Assembly: GCA_007378985.1 (NCBI GenBank)
Contig: VMHB01000001.1
Coordinates: forward strand, 64,252 to 128,251
Source: Parcubacteria group bacterium Greene0714_7
GTDB taxonomy: Bacteria; Patescibacteriota; Minisyncoccia; Phycocordibacterales; Phycocordibacteraceae
Length of the DNA: 64,000 nt
Direction: 5' to 3'
The notes beneath the pieces were generated by a model. That model was not told where the DNA came from. It made no database searches and saw only the letters and a program-made list of their open reading frames with translations. The translations under genes were made by a program, and so were the position numbers. Position 1 is the first letter of the stretch. Every line of letters begins with the position of its first letter. Below, piece after piece: positions 36,276 through 46,492 of this stretch.

Positions 36276-36785
36276 TTAGGCTTTTTCTGACGAGAGTGTC
36301 TTTTTTGCGTCAGAAATCGCACCACGTTCTTCTTCAGATAATTCGCGCTCTGACAGAAATTTTTTCACTGCCTTTGCATACACACGCACGCCATCTCTTG
36401 CATGAATACCAGAAAGTACCGCACCGTCTCCTTTTTCATCAAGTAATGCAACGATGAAACTTTGCTGTCCACCTTCTCCGCCAAATGGATCGAAGCGCCT
36501 CATCGCGATCCCGCGAATGCAGGTTTCTAGTCGTGCATCAACATTGTTAAACGCCACGGTCGATTTTGTGGCATGTTCTTCTAATGTACTTGCGCGTTCT
36601 TGTAGTTTTCGAATAGTACCTTCAAGTGTTTTTCCATCTCCACCCCGCACGAGCCGTCGTAATCTTCGGAAGAGAAATAGGTCTTGAATGAGGGCCCACG
36701 CCACGAGAATAGTAAGTCCAGAAAGCACGGGGTTCCCTTGCACGGACTCAAGAACATTTTGAAGTACGATGTGAGCAGTTTCCAT
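36276..36785 (-). CDS. Hypothetical membrane-anchored protein (DUF4446-like)
   Basis: N-terminal TM, a coiled-coil stretch, and C-terminal RFDPFGGEGGQQSF...VRVYAKAVKKF block. Family assignment from memory, low certainty. Confidence 0.35.
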   Translation of the reverse strand: METAHIVLQNVLESVQGNPVLSGLTILVAWALIQDLFLFRRLRRLVRGGDGKTLEGTIRKLQERASTLEEHATKSTVAFNNVDARLETCIRGIAMRRFDPFGGEGGQQSFIVALLDEKGDGAVLSGIHARDGVRVYAKAVKKFLSERELSEEERGAISDAKKTLSSEKA

Positions 36786-36842
36786 GAGTATTAGAAGAGT
36801 ATAGCGTATGTTTTGTGTTGCAATCGCTGTATTATAGGAAGT

Positions 36843-38060
36843 ATGTCTTCCATAAATAATCGCATTTATCTTGATAACGCGTCTGCTACGCCAGTGCATC
36901 CTAAAGTGGCCAGAGCCGTCTACGGTGCTTTAGAAGATGTTCCGGGAAATCCAAGTGCACCTCATGCCGAGGGGCGAAAAGCCTATGAGGCTATTGAGCG
37001 CGCACGATCTGATATTGCTCAAACACTCGGAGTTAAGTCAGAGGAGCTCATTTTCACATCAGGTGGCACTGAATCAAACAACCTCGCTATTTTTGGTGTC
37101 ATTGATGCGTTACATAAAAAAGGTATCGCGTATGCTGACATGCACATTGTCACGACATCAGTTGAGCACAGTTCTATTTTAAAAACTCTCGAGATTTTGG
37201 AAAGCAGAGGTGTAGAAGTTTCGTATGTTGTTCCTGACTTCGATGGGATTGTTCGTGCGGAGTTAATTGCGAGTGCGATACAGCCTAAAACAGCACTTGT
37301 GACTCTGGCGCATGTGAATAGCGAGACGGGCGTCATTCAACCATTAGCCGATATCAGTACTGAAATAACAAGATGGAAGGGGAGGGAGGTCAGTACCTTT
37401 AGACAATTAGTTCCTGAAGTATCGTTTCCAATTTTTCATGTTGATGCTGCTCAATCGCCTTTATATAGTGAAGCGAGCCCACATGCATTTCGAGCGGATA
37501 TGGTTTCGTATGATGCGCAAAAACTGTGCGGACCGAAAGGCGTTGGTGTTTTGTATCGCGATTTTTCTGTCCCAATGGTTCCTATGTGGGGCGGAGGAAC
37601 CCAAGAGCGAGGTATTCGACCAGGGACTGAGAATGTTGCTGGAATAGTTGGTGCTGGCGTAGCGTTTGTCCTTGCTAAAGAAGAGAGGGCGACAAGGGAA
37701 GTGCGTGTACGAGAATTGCGTGATTATTTAATTGAGTTAGTGCGGGATGTTGCACCTGACGCTGAACTTATTGGACACCCAAAACGACGCATTGCTTCAA
37801 ATGCACTCTTTGCGATTTCTGGTATTGACGGTGACTACCTCTCGGTATTAATGGATGAAGCCAATGTTGCAGTATCACCACGGAGTGCCTGCGTAGGTAC
37901 AGGGGGAAATATATCGCATGTGGTGATGGCACTTACTGGCGACGAAAAGAAAGCAAAAGGCACTATTCGTTTTTCACTTGGAGTTGATACAACTAGACTT
38001 GATATTGAACGAGCCGTCACGGCCTTCAAAGGTGCCCTGAAAGTAGCGAGGGCTATGTAA
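36843..38060 (+). CDS. iscS: Cysteine desulfurase (class V aminotransferase, IscS/NifS family)
   Basis: PLP-Lys region SYDAQKLCGPKGVGVLY and active-site Cys loop (PRSACVGTGG). Confidence 0.85.
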   Translation: MSSINNRIYLDNASATPVHPKVARAVYGALEDVPGNPSAPHAEGRKAYEAIERARSDIAQTLGVKSEELIFTSGGTESNNLAIFGVIDALHKKGIAYADMHIVTTSVEHSSILKTLEILESRGVEVSYVVPDFDGIVRAELIASAIQPKTALVTLAHVNSETGVIQPLADISTEITRWKGREVSTFRQLVPEVSFPIFHVDAAQSPLYSEASPHAFRADMVSYDAQKLCGPKGVGVLYRDFSVPMVPMWGGGTQERGIRPGTENVAGIVGAGVAFVLAKEERATREVRVRELRDYLIELVRDVAPDAELIGHPKRRIASNALFAISGIDGDYLSVLMDEANVAVSPRSACVGTGGNISHVVMALTGDEKKAKGTIRFSLGVDTTRLDIERAVTAFKGALKVARAM

Positions 38061-38064
38061 GTGA

Positions 38065-38127
38065 TGCACATTATTCTCTTGCTGTTTACCCCTAAACCCT
38101 ATACCCTAAACACTAACCCCTTCCCAT
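38065..38127. repeat. Heptamer-repeat leader ccctaaa ccctata ccctaaa cactaac ccc abutting the ATG at 38128
   Basis: Read directly; same family as the leaders of serS, relA and the hisS-like gene. Confidence 0.5.
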
Positions 38128-38967
38128 ATGGATATTGAAGATCTCTCAAAATTTCAAATAGTTCTCCTCGTCATTTTGGTGTCATTCGTTACATCAATTG
38201 CTACTGGCATTGTTACTGTGTCGCTTCTTGCTGCGGCGCCTACAGGAGTAACGCAGACAATTAATCAGGTTGTTGAACGAACTATTCAGACTATTGTTCC
38301 TACTAATATTTCGACACCTGCAACTACTAAAGAGACTACTGTTGTTGTGAAGGAGGATGACCTCATCACCGCTTCAATTTCCGCATCACTAGGGAAAACT
38401 GGCCGTGTCTTTGCTGGGGTTTCCACTACGACGTCAATCGTTGGTCTTGCTGCGCAGATTGGCCCTGCACTTTTTGTTACTGACTCAAGTATTGTCGACA
38501 AAGATCATCTTGTTGTTGTCGGTGGTACATCAGCGGTATACACAGTGTCACAGCAGTTTCCTGAAGTAGGTATCGCATTTCTTGTTCCAAAAGATTCCGA
38601 CACAAAACTCGGTGCGCCGTTTAGGATTGGTGATGTTGGTGCTTTGAAGCTCGGTGCAACTACGGTGGCATTGGTAAGTGTTACGCAAGAACGTGTAGTC
38701 ATTGGTGCTGTGTCGTCACGTACAGTATCTACCGATGTTGTTCCAGTAAAAGGGGCATCGGCGATTTCAGTTCGAAATATTGATACAAATATAAATGCGA
38801 CCCTAGTTCCAGGAACACCACTGGTGAATATTTTTGGTGACCTCGTGGGTATTTCAACAAGCGTTTCCCAAGCGTCTGGTGGAAGTGGGACCTTCATTGC
38901 TACAAGCGATATTTTGACGGTCTTTTCGTCATCACACGCGAGCTCTACCCCAGCGAAGGCGAAATAA
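38128..38967 (+). CDS. Membrane-anchored trypsin-like (HtrA-family) domain protein with the catalytic Ser motif replaced; probable pseudo-protease, no PDZ domain
   Basis: IDTNINATLVPGTPLVNIFGDLVGISTSV...ASGGSGTFIATSDI aligns with the HtrA TDAAINPGNSGGPLVN...GINTAI...GIGFAIP block, but GNSGG has become TLVPG. Confidence 0.45.
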   Translation: MDIEDLSKFQIVLLVILVSFVTSIATGIVTVSLLAAAPTGVTQTINQVVERTIQTIVPTNISTPATTKETTVVVKEDDLITASISASLGKTGRVFAGVSTTTSIVGLAAQIGPALFVTDSSIVDKDHLVVVGGTSAVYTVSQQFPEVGIAFLVPKDSDTKLGAPFRIGDVGALKLGATTVALVSVTQERVVIGAVSSRTVSTDVVPVKGASAISVRNIDTNINATLVPGTPLVNIFGDLVGISTSVSQASGGSGTFIATSDILTVFSSSHASSTPAKAK

Positions 38968-39079
38968 CATTAGAAGCCTTTAGGTTTCAGCTGTCAGCCT
39001 TCCGAGAGGAGTTTGTATTTGTTCTGTCTATAAGCTAAAACCTGAAACCTAAAACCTGCCTTTCTGGTATAATAGACGT
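38968..39079. promoter_or_regulatory. Heptamer-repeat region plus an extended -10 (tggtataat, 39066-39074) ending 5 nt before the clpB ATG; a leaderless clpB transcript is possible
   Basis: gctaaaa cctgaaa cctaaaa cctgcc...tggtataatagacgtATG read directly. Confidence 0.4.
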
Positions 39080-41776
39080 ATGCCACCACCATTTGGAAAT
39101 TTCACAACAAAAGCAAAAGAAGCTGTGCGCAAAGCGCATGAGATTGCTATTGAGCGTGGTCAAAACCACGTGAGTTCACTGCATCTTGTTGGCGCCCTTG
39201 TTATGCAGGAGGAGTCAATTGTGCTCGCTATTTTGGAGCGACTGGATGTTGATACTGTTCTTTTTACAGATTCCGTTATTGAACTTTTGGAAGTTCCTCC
39301 AACAGGCTCTGTGCTCTCGCCCTCGTACCAGCTCTATTTGACACCAGACTTGGCGCAGGCGCTTGAGGCTGCGGTAAAAATTGCAACAACATTTAACGAG
39401 TCGTTTGTTTCAGTTGAACATCTATTCCTCGGTATTCTTGAAAATCCAGGGCCCGCTGCTGAGATTTTTAATCGCTTCCGTATTGACCGTACTGCTGTCG
39501 TGTCTGTTATGCAAGAATTTCGTGCAGGACGCACCAATGAACCCGAAGCACCAAAGAAGATGCGTGCCTTGGGTAAGTACACCAGAAATCTCACGAAGCT
39601 CGCGAGCGACAACAAGCTCGATCCAGTTATTGGTCGTGATATTGAAATTAATCGGGTTATTCAAATTTTGTCGCGTCGCACAAAAAATAATCCAATTCTT
39701 ATTGGTGAAGCGGGCGTTGGGAAAACTGCAATCGCAGAAGGGCTGGCAAGTCGCATGGCAGTGAATGATGTACCTGAGTCTTTGAAAGGTAAGGAGCTCT
39801 TGATGCTTGATCTTGGCATGCTGATAGCTGGTACGAAGTATCGTGGCGAATTTGAAGAGCGATTAAAGACAATCATGAAGGAAGTGGAAAAGTCTGACGG
39901 TAAAGTCATTCTATTCGTTGATGAGATTCATACTCTCGTTGGTGCAGGTGCCGCTGAAGGCGCAATGGATGCATCCAACATGTTAAAACCCGCTCTTGCC
40001 CGTGGGGATTTCCGCGTTATTGGCGCAACAACATTAAAAGAGTATCAACAGCACATTGAACGAGACCCAGCGCTCACGCGCCGTTTCCAACCAGTGTTTG
40101 TGCAAGAGCCTTCAATAGAGGATGCGGTGGCAATACTTCGAGGTCTACGAGAGAAATATGAGTTGTATCATGGTGTGCGTATCACGGACGCAGCTATTGT
40201 TGCTGCGGTAGGGCTTTCGAGTCGTTACATCACTGACCGATTTCTTCCAGACAAAGCTGTCGACTTAATTGATGAGGCCGCATCTGCCCTGAAGATTTCT
40301 CTTGAAAATAAACCACCAGCACTCGAAGAAACTGACCGGAAAATTCGCCGACTCGAAATTGAATTTGAGGCACTCAGAAAAGACGAAGATGCACATGTAG
40401 GGAAGAGTACGAAGGTGCGTTTGCGTGCAATTGAAAAAGAAATTGCTGAACTTCGTGAGAAAACAGCTGATTTGGAAGTGAAATGGAAGAATGAAAAAGA
40501 GGTGCTCCTTGCTATTGGAGCTACCAAGAAAGAGCTTGATCAACTTCGTGCAGAAGCAGAGTCTGCTGAGGCTCGCGCAGATTTGGCACGCGTAGCTGAA
40601 ATTCGGTACGGTAAATTGCCAACTCTAGAGAAAAATTTGGAGCGAGAACTCGACAAACTAAAACGTTTTCAGCGCTCTAGGAGAGTACTCCGTGAAGAGG
40701 TAACTGATGTTGATATTGCTGAAGTGGTAAGTCGATGGACCGGTGTGCCGGTGTCGCGCATGCTCGAGGCTGAAGCAAAGAAGCTTGCTCGAATGGAGGA
40801 AGATCTCAAAGCTTCTGTGGTGGGACAAGATGATGCTGTGCGTCTCGTGTCGGATGCAGTAAAACGCTCACGTGTAGGTATTGCTGATCCCAACCGCCCA
40901 ATTGGTTCGTTCCTTTTCTTAGGACCTACAGGAGTAGGAAAAACAGAGCTATCCAAGGCATTAGCGAAGTTTATGTTCGACGATGAGTCCGCAATCATTC
41001 GTGTCGACATGAGCGAATTCATGGAAAAGCATTCCGTGTCTAAAATCATTGGTTCACCACCAGGGTATGTTGGACATGAAGAGGGGGGCTCGCTCACTGA
41101 AAAAGTTCGCCATCGTCCGTACGCTTTGATTCTTTTCGACGAGATTGAAAAAGCACATCCTGAAGTATTCAATATCCTCTTGCAGGTTCTCGACAACGGA
41201 CATCTTACGGACGCTAAGGGCAGGAAGGTTAACTTCAAAAACAGCATCATCATTTTGACCTCAAACATCGGAGCTGAGTTCATCGATAAGATGTCGAGCT
41301 TTGGATTTAGTTCAGCGAATGGTAGTGATGTAGCTGAATATGCCATTGCCAAAGAGAAAGTCATGGGTCGTCTGAAAGATTACTTCAGGCCGGAATTCTT
41401 GAACCGTCTTGATGAGATTATTGTCTTTAACATTCTTTCAGTAGAGGCAATAAAGAACATCGTTGATATGCAGGTGAAGATCGTGGAAGAGAGACTCGCC
41501 ACGAAAGACATTAAGCTTGCGATACATCCTGAGGTATATGCGTACCTTGCTAAAGAAGGCTATAGCCCTCAGTATGGTGCTAGGCCGTTGAAACGCTTGA
41601 TTCAATCTAAGATTCTCACGCCAGTAGCATCGTTTATGGTGTCCCGTGGTGTGATGCAAGGGGGTACTGTGAGCGTCAGTATGAAAGGTAGTGAGTTTGT
41701 TTTTGATGTTGTGAAGAGTGCCCGTGCTACTAAGTCACACCGTGCGAAAGTTGGAGCGGCGAGTTCAAAAAACTAA
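39080..41776 (+). CDS. clpB: ATP-dependent chaperone ClpB
   Basis: Two AAA+ modules (GEAGVGKTA; GPTGVGKTE), a middle coiled-coil domain, 898 aa. Confidence 0.9.
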   Translation: MPPPFGNFTTKAKEAVRKAHEIAIERGQNHVSSLHLVGALVMQEESIVLAILERLDVDTVLFTDSVIELLEVPPTGSVLSPSYQLYLTPDLAQALEAAVKIATTFNESFVSVEHLFLGILENPGPAAEIFNRFRIDRTAVVSVMQEFRAGRTNEPEAPKKMRALGKYTRNLTKLASDNKLDPVIGRDIEINRVIQILSRRTKNNPILIGEAGVGKTAIAEGLASRMAVNDVPESLKGKELLMLDLGMLIAGTKYRGEFEERLKTIMKEVEKSDGKVILFVDEIHTLVGAGAAEGAMDASNMLKPALARGDFRVIGATTLKEYQQHIERDPALTRRFQPVFVQEPSIEDAVAILRGLREKYELYHGVRITDAAIVAAVGLSSRYITDRFLPDKAVDLIDEAASALKISLENKPPALEETDRKIRRLEIEFEALRKDEDAHVGKSTKVRLRAIEKEIAELREKTADLEVKWKNEKEVLLAIGATKKELDQLRAEAESAEARADLARVAEIRYGKLPTLEKNLERELDKLKRFQRSRRVLREEVTDVDIAEVVSRWTGVPVSRMLEAEAKKLARMEEDLKASVVGQDDAVRLVSDAVKRSRVGIADPNRPIGSFLFLGPTGVGKTELSKALAKFMFDDESAIIRVDMSEFMEKHSVSKIIGSPPGYVGHEEGGSLTEKVRHRPYALILFDEIEKAHPEVFNILLQVLDNGHLTDAKGRKVNFKNSIIILTSNIGAEFIDKMSSFGFSSANGSDVAEYAIAKEKVMGRLKDYFRPEFLNRLDEIIVFNILSVEAIKNIVDMQVKIVEERLATKDIKLAIHPEVYAYLAKEGYSPQYGARPLKRLIQSKILTPVASFMVSRGVMQGGTVSVSMKGSEFVFDVVKSARATKSHRAKVGAASSKN

Positions 41777-41821
41777 AGAAAAGTGTTACTGTAGCAACTA
41801 GCCATTACTGGCTAGTTAGTT

Positions 41822-41907
41822 GCGTCGGTACTCAAGTGGTCAACGAGGGGAGACTGTAAATCTCCTGACTTCGGTCTTCGTTGGTTCGAATCCAACCCGG
41901 CGCACCA
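41822..41907 (+). tRNA. tRNA-Tyr (anticodon GTA), CCA encoded
   Basis: Acceptor GCGTCGG/CCGGCGC, anticodon stem-loop GGAGA-CTGTAAA-TCTCC, long variable arm, T-arm TTGGTTCGAATCCAAC. Preceded by a clpB terminator hairpin at 41793-41822. Confidence 0.8.
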
Positions 41908-42125
41908 TGGGTTGGATTCGAACCGCGGGCCGCAACGACTGGGAAGGAGTGAAGGTCTCGAGCTCAGCAGAGCGAGAGGCGAATCCAACCCGAGGATCGC
42001 TAAAATTTCCGTCAGGAGATTTATCTGTGTCCGCACAATCGAAGAGCGACCATAGGTTTCGAGCGTAAGACACTTTGTCTCCCTTTGAGGGTCAAACGCG
42101 AGAGGCGAATCCAATCCGCCAACAC
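41908..42125. repeat. tRNA-Tyr trailer with three partial copies of its T-arm (ggttggattcgaacc; gaggcgaatccaacccgagg; gaggcgaatccaatccgcc)
   Basis: Read directly. Confidence 0.5.
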
Positions 42126-42164
42126 ATCTTCAGTGCTACAATATCGAAAGATTATTTTTTGTAA

Positions 42165-42695
42165 ATGTATATGAAACAACTAGACAAAAAAGCAGTGTGG
42201 TTATTCTTTTTGAGCTCTGTATCTAGCACCTTAATTTTTAGTTTGATTTTTGTCGGATGGACACTCTTTGCCGTTTTTGAAGACTCTTTCATAGGCGGTA
42301 ATGTGCTTTCCACTATGCTTGGATGGCTCATTTTAGTCGTAGCGGTTTTCACTGTACTCTCATTTATTTGGGCAAAGCTCTCATATCACTACTATCGCTA
42401 CGAGTTAACTGATTTAGGATTTCGTAAGGAGTCTGGAGTAATTTGGAAAAAATACGTCACTATACCCTATGCACGAATCCAAAATGTCGATATTAACCGC
42501 GGCATTCTGGCGCGCTTACTTGGCCTTTCAGATTTGCATATTCAAACGGCAGGGGCGAGTGCTTCGATAAGCCGATATGGGATGGCAGGCATCAGTGCAG
42601 AAGGGAGGTTACCTGGAGTATCAAAAGCAGATGCAGAGGTTTTGAGAGATGAGCTTGTTAAGCGAGCAAGTGGGTCTTTAGGGCAGGGGGTATAA
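42165..42695 (+). CDS. Bacterial PH-domain (bPH_2 / YdbS-like) membrane protein
   Basis: Two N-terminal TM helices followed by YELTDLGFRKESGVIWKKYVTIPYARIQNVDINRGILARLLGLSDLHIQTAG. Confidence 0.55.
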   Translation: MYMKQLDKKAVWLFFLSSVSSTLIFSLIFVGWTLFAVFEDSFIGGNVLSTMLGWLILVVAVFTVLSFIWAKLSYHYYRYELTDLGFRKESGVIWKKYVTIPYARIQNVDINRGILARLLGLSDLHIQTAGASASISRYGMAGISAEGRLPGVSKADAEVLRDELVKRASGSLGQGV

Positions 42696-42847
42696 GAAAA
42701 CTCTCGGATTTTGACCCATCTTAGAACCTAAGGTATACCCCGTGAGATAAGTGTTTTTAGATTCACTGCGTTGTGCATGTGTGAGCTATTGTTTTTGAAG
42801 AGTTTTCTGGTTTGCAGGGCTCTATCTCATGGGGTATAGTACTCTTC

Positions 42848-43006
42848 ATGTCACAAGATAACCTCATCAAGATGAAATCCTCGGCTTCTGGCCATGTTAT
42901 TTGGACTACCAAAAACAAAAAGAAGCTTGCGAATACAAAAATGGCGCTCAAAAAGTACGACCCGGTGGTCAGGAAGCGCGTGACCTTCAAAGAAGCTAAA
43001 AAGTAA
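42848..43006 (+). CDS. rpmG: 50S ribosomal protein L33
   Basis: [22 protein letters not shown] matches the bL33 C-terminus; the rpmG-tRNA-Trp arrangement is conserved. A terminator hairpin at 43033-43060 and a 15-bp hairpin at 43071-43108 follow. Confidence 0.7.
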   Translation: MSQDNLIKMKSSASGHVIWTTKNKKKLANTKMALKKYDPVVRKRVTFKEAKK

Positions 43007-43154
43007 GCACTGCTTATTTTTGATGTTTGAAAGGGAAATACTTTTTCCCTTTTTTCATTTATACTGGTGACTCGAGGGCCTACGCACCAGAGACTGGTGC
43101 GTAGGCCCGTCACTCGAAGGAAAAGCACTAATACGTGTTTTTTCCTTCTCATTA

Positions 43155-43225
43155 GGGCCTATAGTTCAATGGTAGAATTACGGTCTCCAAAACCGTCGAT
43201 CAAGGTTCGAATCCTTGTGGGCCCG
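43155..43225 (+). tRNA. tRNA-Trp (anticodon CCA)
   Basis: Acceptor GGGCCTA/TGGGCCC, anticodon stem-loop ACGGT-CTCCAAA-ACCGT, T-arm CAAGGTTCGAATCCTTG. Confidence 0.8.
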
Positions 43226-43466
43226 CAGTTTTGAAACGCAGTGAAAAACTGCGGTACCAAGAAAAGCACTTATGTGCTTTTCGACAAGGATTCGAAGACC
43301 CTGAATATATCGCACGGAGCCTGTCTTCAGGCGAGTACGATATGAAGGGTGTACAGCTCCTGTAAAGAGACTTTTCAGAAACTGCATTCGGACGAAACGA
43401 AAACTATGTTTTCGTTTCGCTTCTCTCTGGTTTCTGTAAGGAGAGAATCCTTGTGGGCCCGCAAAA
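43226..43466. repeat. tRNA-Trp trailer: two hairpins, an inverted T-arm copy (caaggattcgaagaccc, about 43286-43302) and a 19-nt direct repeat of the tRNA 3' end (aatccttgtgggcccgca, 43447-43464)
   Basis: Read directly. The direct repeat at about 220 bp resembles a tRNA-targeting att remnant, but there is no cargo gene between the copies. Confidence 0.55.
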
Positions 43467-43618
43467 ATAACGAGCGAAGCGTGCTGCATGCTCAACCTGC
43501 GATCGTCAGTTTGCCACAGTAGCTGGTGCTCAGATAGCTCTAAAGTAGTCCAACTAAAGTTGAATGGCATAATGCAGTAATTTCCCGTATTCATTTTCGA
43601 GGAGTATATTTATACAGT

Positions 43619-44197
43619 ATGAGTTTTGAATCTCCTCAGAGTGATTCTTATGGAGCTCAAAATAGTGGAGAATATCACCATAAAAGTGCACGTATAAAAC
43701 TGCGTGGATTATCTCCGTCAATTTTTTCTCCAGCCCTTGCTGCTGCTTTTGAAATATTTAGCAACCCGAAAGATCAAGTTGCAGTTGAAGAGGATTACCG
43801 AATAAGTTTAGAGCCCGAAAGATTTGTCGAACAAATGCGCCACAGTGGTATAAAAACCCAAAAGTATTGGGTTGCCACTAAATCAAAAAAATCACCCACT
43901 GTAGCAGGTATTACTGGCCTTGAAACAAAAGTTGAAGATGAGGCTGGTTCAGCTTGGCTCGGTTGGTTTGGTGTTGTGCCAGAATATCGCGGGAAAGGAT
44001 ACGGTCGCGCGCTTCTTAAGAAAACAATTTCTAAGGCGCGTAACGTTGGCTTTGGTAGACTACGGTTGTGGACTACAACTGCGCCCGAAGAGGTTGCCGC
44101 TCAAGATATGTATGAAGAGTTTGGGTTTAGACTAACCGGCGATAAAGAAATGCCCGAGTCTAACGAATCCATTCTTTTTCGGGAGAAAATACTTTAA
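43619..44197 (+). CDS. GNAT-family N-acetyltransferase
   Basis: Motif A VVPEYRGKGYGRALL. Confidence 0.7.
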   Translation: MSFESPQSDSYGAQNSGEYHHKSARIKLRGLSPSIFSPALAAAFEIFSNPKDQVAVEEDYRISLEPERFVEQMRHSGIKTQKYWVATKSKKSPTVAGITGLETKVEDEAGSAWLGWFGVVPEYRGKGYGRALLKKTISKARNVGFGRLRLWTTTAPEEVAAQDMYEEFGFRLTGDKEMPESNESILFREKIL

Positions 44198-44259
44198 TTT
44201 TAATAATAGGGCGGTGCTTTTTTACGCAACGAAAAATTACTGTCCAGATAAAATCACCT

Positions 44260-44769
44260 ATGTATGAACCTTTAACATCCATGATACAAAAAGATATTTA
44301 CCAAGTTTTTTTGATGGGTTGCCCCGCCACGATGCCATTGTCTTTCGCAGTACACCCGTGGTTTGTTATAAATAAAAAAGGCATAGTGTCACGATTCGGA
44401 ATCGGTCGTTACAATACTGAAGAAAGTGGAAAATTTTTTGGAGAACATTCTTGTGAAGAGTGTTCTGGTCGTTTACATAAAAATGCCAAACCTCCTTTTG
44501 AGGGCTTAGAAATATTTCCCTCTATGCACCAGCATCATTGGAAAGGGGCAATTATAGGCATGGTAGAGGGCGGTGTAGGTTCAGTTGCGGAGCGTATGGT
44601 TGAGTACATTGAACAGTCTATTTCTTCGTACCCACATCGAGATCGTTATTCGCTTTTTGGTCCCAACAGTAACACCTATGTGCAGTGGGTTTTGAATAGT
44701 TTTCCAGAATCAAATATTGAACTCCCTTGGAACGCTTTTGGTAAGGGAAAAATACAAAAACCGATCTAA
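44260..44769 (+). CDS. Hypothetical protein with a Cys/His-rich region (HSCEECSGRLH...MHQHHWKG)
   Basis: ORF; possible metal-binding motif; no firm family. Confidence 0.35.
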   Translation: MYEPLTSMIQKDIYQVFLMGCPATMPLSFAVHPWFVINKKGIVSRFGIGRYNTEESGKFFGEHSCEECSGRLHKNAKPPFEGLEIFPSMHQHHWKGAIIGMVEGGVGSVAERMVEYIEQSISSYPHRDRYSLFGPNSNTYVQWVLNSFPESNIELPWNAFGKGKIQKPI

Positions 44770-44786
44770 CTACCCTTGCACGGCAT

Positions 44787-45878
44787 CTAACTAATATTTC
44801 TTTTTTTGAGTAGAGTTTTGACCGCTTTGTGTAACAGCCAGCTTAATCCCAACAGAAGTGGTATGTATAGTGCCGTGGCTAGCCATGCAGGCAGATTCTG
44901 GTAGAGAATATCGTAGCGTGACATGAGTGGCCAATGAATAAGATAGAGTTCATAGGAATAAATCCCCAAGAGATACAGAAGGCCAACACGAAAAGGCTTA
45001 AGAATAAAAAGAATGAGAAGCAATGCAGTTAAAAGGAGGCTTATGTACTGCTGTGTTGGCGTGCCAACGCCAGAAAAATAAGCAAAGTAAGAAAATATTC
45101 CCGCAAGAAAAATCATAATTGGAATTAAAATCCACGTGCTCATTTTTTTGATGTGTCCTTCTACATATTCTCGCTCTTTTGGATATCTCTGATAGAGCCC
45201 AGCAACAGCTACGCCTAACGGAAACGCGATAGTGTGAAGTACATAGAGATGTTCAACATTTTTCAGTATTGAAAGATGTGCATACATAACGCCTTGCACC
45301 GCGCCATATATCAAGAGTGCTGACAATAGCGGTCTTTGTTTAAAGAATAGAATGGGGAATATTAGGTAGAAAAATAGTATGAAAGTGAGATACCAAAGAG
45401 GAGAGTTGATGTCGGTAAAGAGGTTTGCATGAGGGAAGAAGCCAACAAATGATTGCAGAATATAACTCCACGAGTAGGAATTATTCAGTAGTAGGAAGTC
45501 AGCGACAAAAAACACTGAGAGGACTATCCAGAATGGAACATACAGTTTCGGTAGGTGACGAAGATAAAATGCTTTCGGTAGAAGCTTATTTTTTAGAGCA
45601 GATACTGCAAGTCCGAAGCCAGAGAGAAAAAGAAAAAGGTCTACTCCTACGCCTGCGAAAATTGATAAAGGGAAAAGGAATCGATGATCGCTCACCAAAA
45701 AATATCCAATGTGCGCCAAGATGATTGCAAGCATTGCAAACCCCTTGAGCTCTTGCGAAAGCATTGGAGGCAGAAGTTCAGCACTCTCTTTTTTCTTCGA
45801 TGAAAACAATAGTCCTACAAAAAGTACTATCGCGAAGATGTACGTTGAAGAAACCGAATTTAAAATATCTATAGGCAT
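44787..45878 (-). CDS. Acyltransferase family 3 integral membrane protein (OafA/OpgC-like)
   Basis: About 10 TM helices; conserved His in helix 1 (LAIILAHIGYF) typical of AT3 acyltransferases. Confidence 0.65.
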   Translation of the reverse strand: MPIDILNSVSSTYIFAIVLFVGLLFSSKKKESAELLPPMLSQELKGFAMLAIILAHIGYFLVSDHRFLFPLSIFAGVGVDLFLFLSGFGLAVSALKNKLLPKAFYLRHLPKLYVPFWIVLSVFFVADFLLLNNSYSWSYILQSFVGFFPHANLFTDINSPLWYLTFILFFYLIFPILFFKQRPLLSALLIYGAVQGVMYAHLSILKNVEHLYVLHTIAFPLGVAVAGLYQRYPKEREYVEGHIKKMSTWILIPIMIFLAGIFSYFAYFSGVGTPTQQYISLLLTALLLILFILKPFRVGLLYLLGIYSYELYLIHWPLMSRYDILYQNLPAWLATALYIPLLLGLSWLLHKAVKTLLKKRNIS

Positions 45879-45980
45879 CGATTACAATCCTAACATTTCC
45901 ATACACTGACAGTCTTGGCTTTGTAATTCGTAAAGAGCGCACAATTACCCCGCGTTCCTACTTTCTCCTATTCTATTTTC

Positions 45981-46014
45981 ATATACCCCTTATTCGTGCG
46001 AATAAGGGGTATAT
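45981..46014. promoter_or_regulatory. Palindrome A, copy 2 (atataccccttattcgtgcgaataaggggtatat)
   Basis: Same outer half-sites as copy 1. It sits in the divergent intergenic region between the acyltransferase gene and the 46171 ORF. Confidence 0.5.
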
Positions 46015-46058
46015 GAAAATACAGAGGTCGGATCTTTGTATTTTTACTTCACTTCCAT

Positions 46059-46100
46059 CGATATAGTATAATCTAACGATCGTTAAATTAAACTATATCG
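46059..46100. promoter_or_regulatory. Palindrome B, copy 2 (diverged: cgatatagtataatctaacgatcgttaaattaaactatatcg)
   Basis: Preceded by the small palindrome aaaatacagaggtcggatctttgtatttt (46021-46045). Confidence 0.45.
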
Positions 46101-46170
46101 TGATTTTAAGTCTGAAAGATGAAAAGAGGTTCTGTAGTATTTTTTGAAATGGGTGAGTTACACTGATTCT

Positions 46171-46440
46171 ATGACAGAAGATCGCATACAAAAATTAGAA
46201 AAGGAAGTACAGCTCATCCAAGCGCGAAACTTGAAGGTAGAAGCCGAAAAAGCTTGGGAAGTAAGCTGGTTTCGTATTCTCACTATTACTATCATTACCT
46301 ATGTTGTTGCGTGTTTCATTCTTGCGATCTTAGGGATCAGCAACTTCATATTCAACGCATTAGTACCAGCTGTTGGATACTTCCTCTCTACACAATCACT
46401 TCCGTTAGTAAAAAAGTGGTGGGTTCAGAATCATAAATAA
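46171..46440 (+). CDS. Hypothetical small membrane protein (coiled-coil N-terminus, two TM helices)
   Basis: ORF with clear TM helices. Confidence 0.35.
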   Translation: MTEDRIQKLEKEVQLIQARNLKVEAEKAWEVSWFRILTITIITYVVACFILAILGISNFIFNALVPAVGYFLSTQSLPLVKKWWVQNHK

Positions 46441-46492
46441 AAACCCGCCCGTTGAATGTGGGCAGGTTTTTATCACTTCATAGTATGTGTAA

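Noticed and set aside
38065-38110. Telomere-like CCCTAAA repeats
   Set aside because: Each is only 2-3 units long, and they occur at many internal intergenic sites immediately 5' of start codons. They are interpreted as members of the heptamer leader family, not telomeres or a linear replicon end.
43178-43594. 138-aa minus-strand ORF
   Set aside because: It is antisense to tRNA-Trp and its trailer repeats; not credible.
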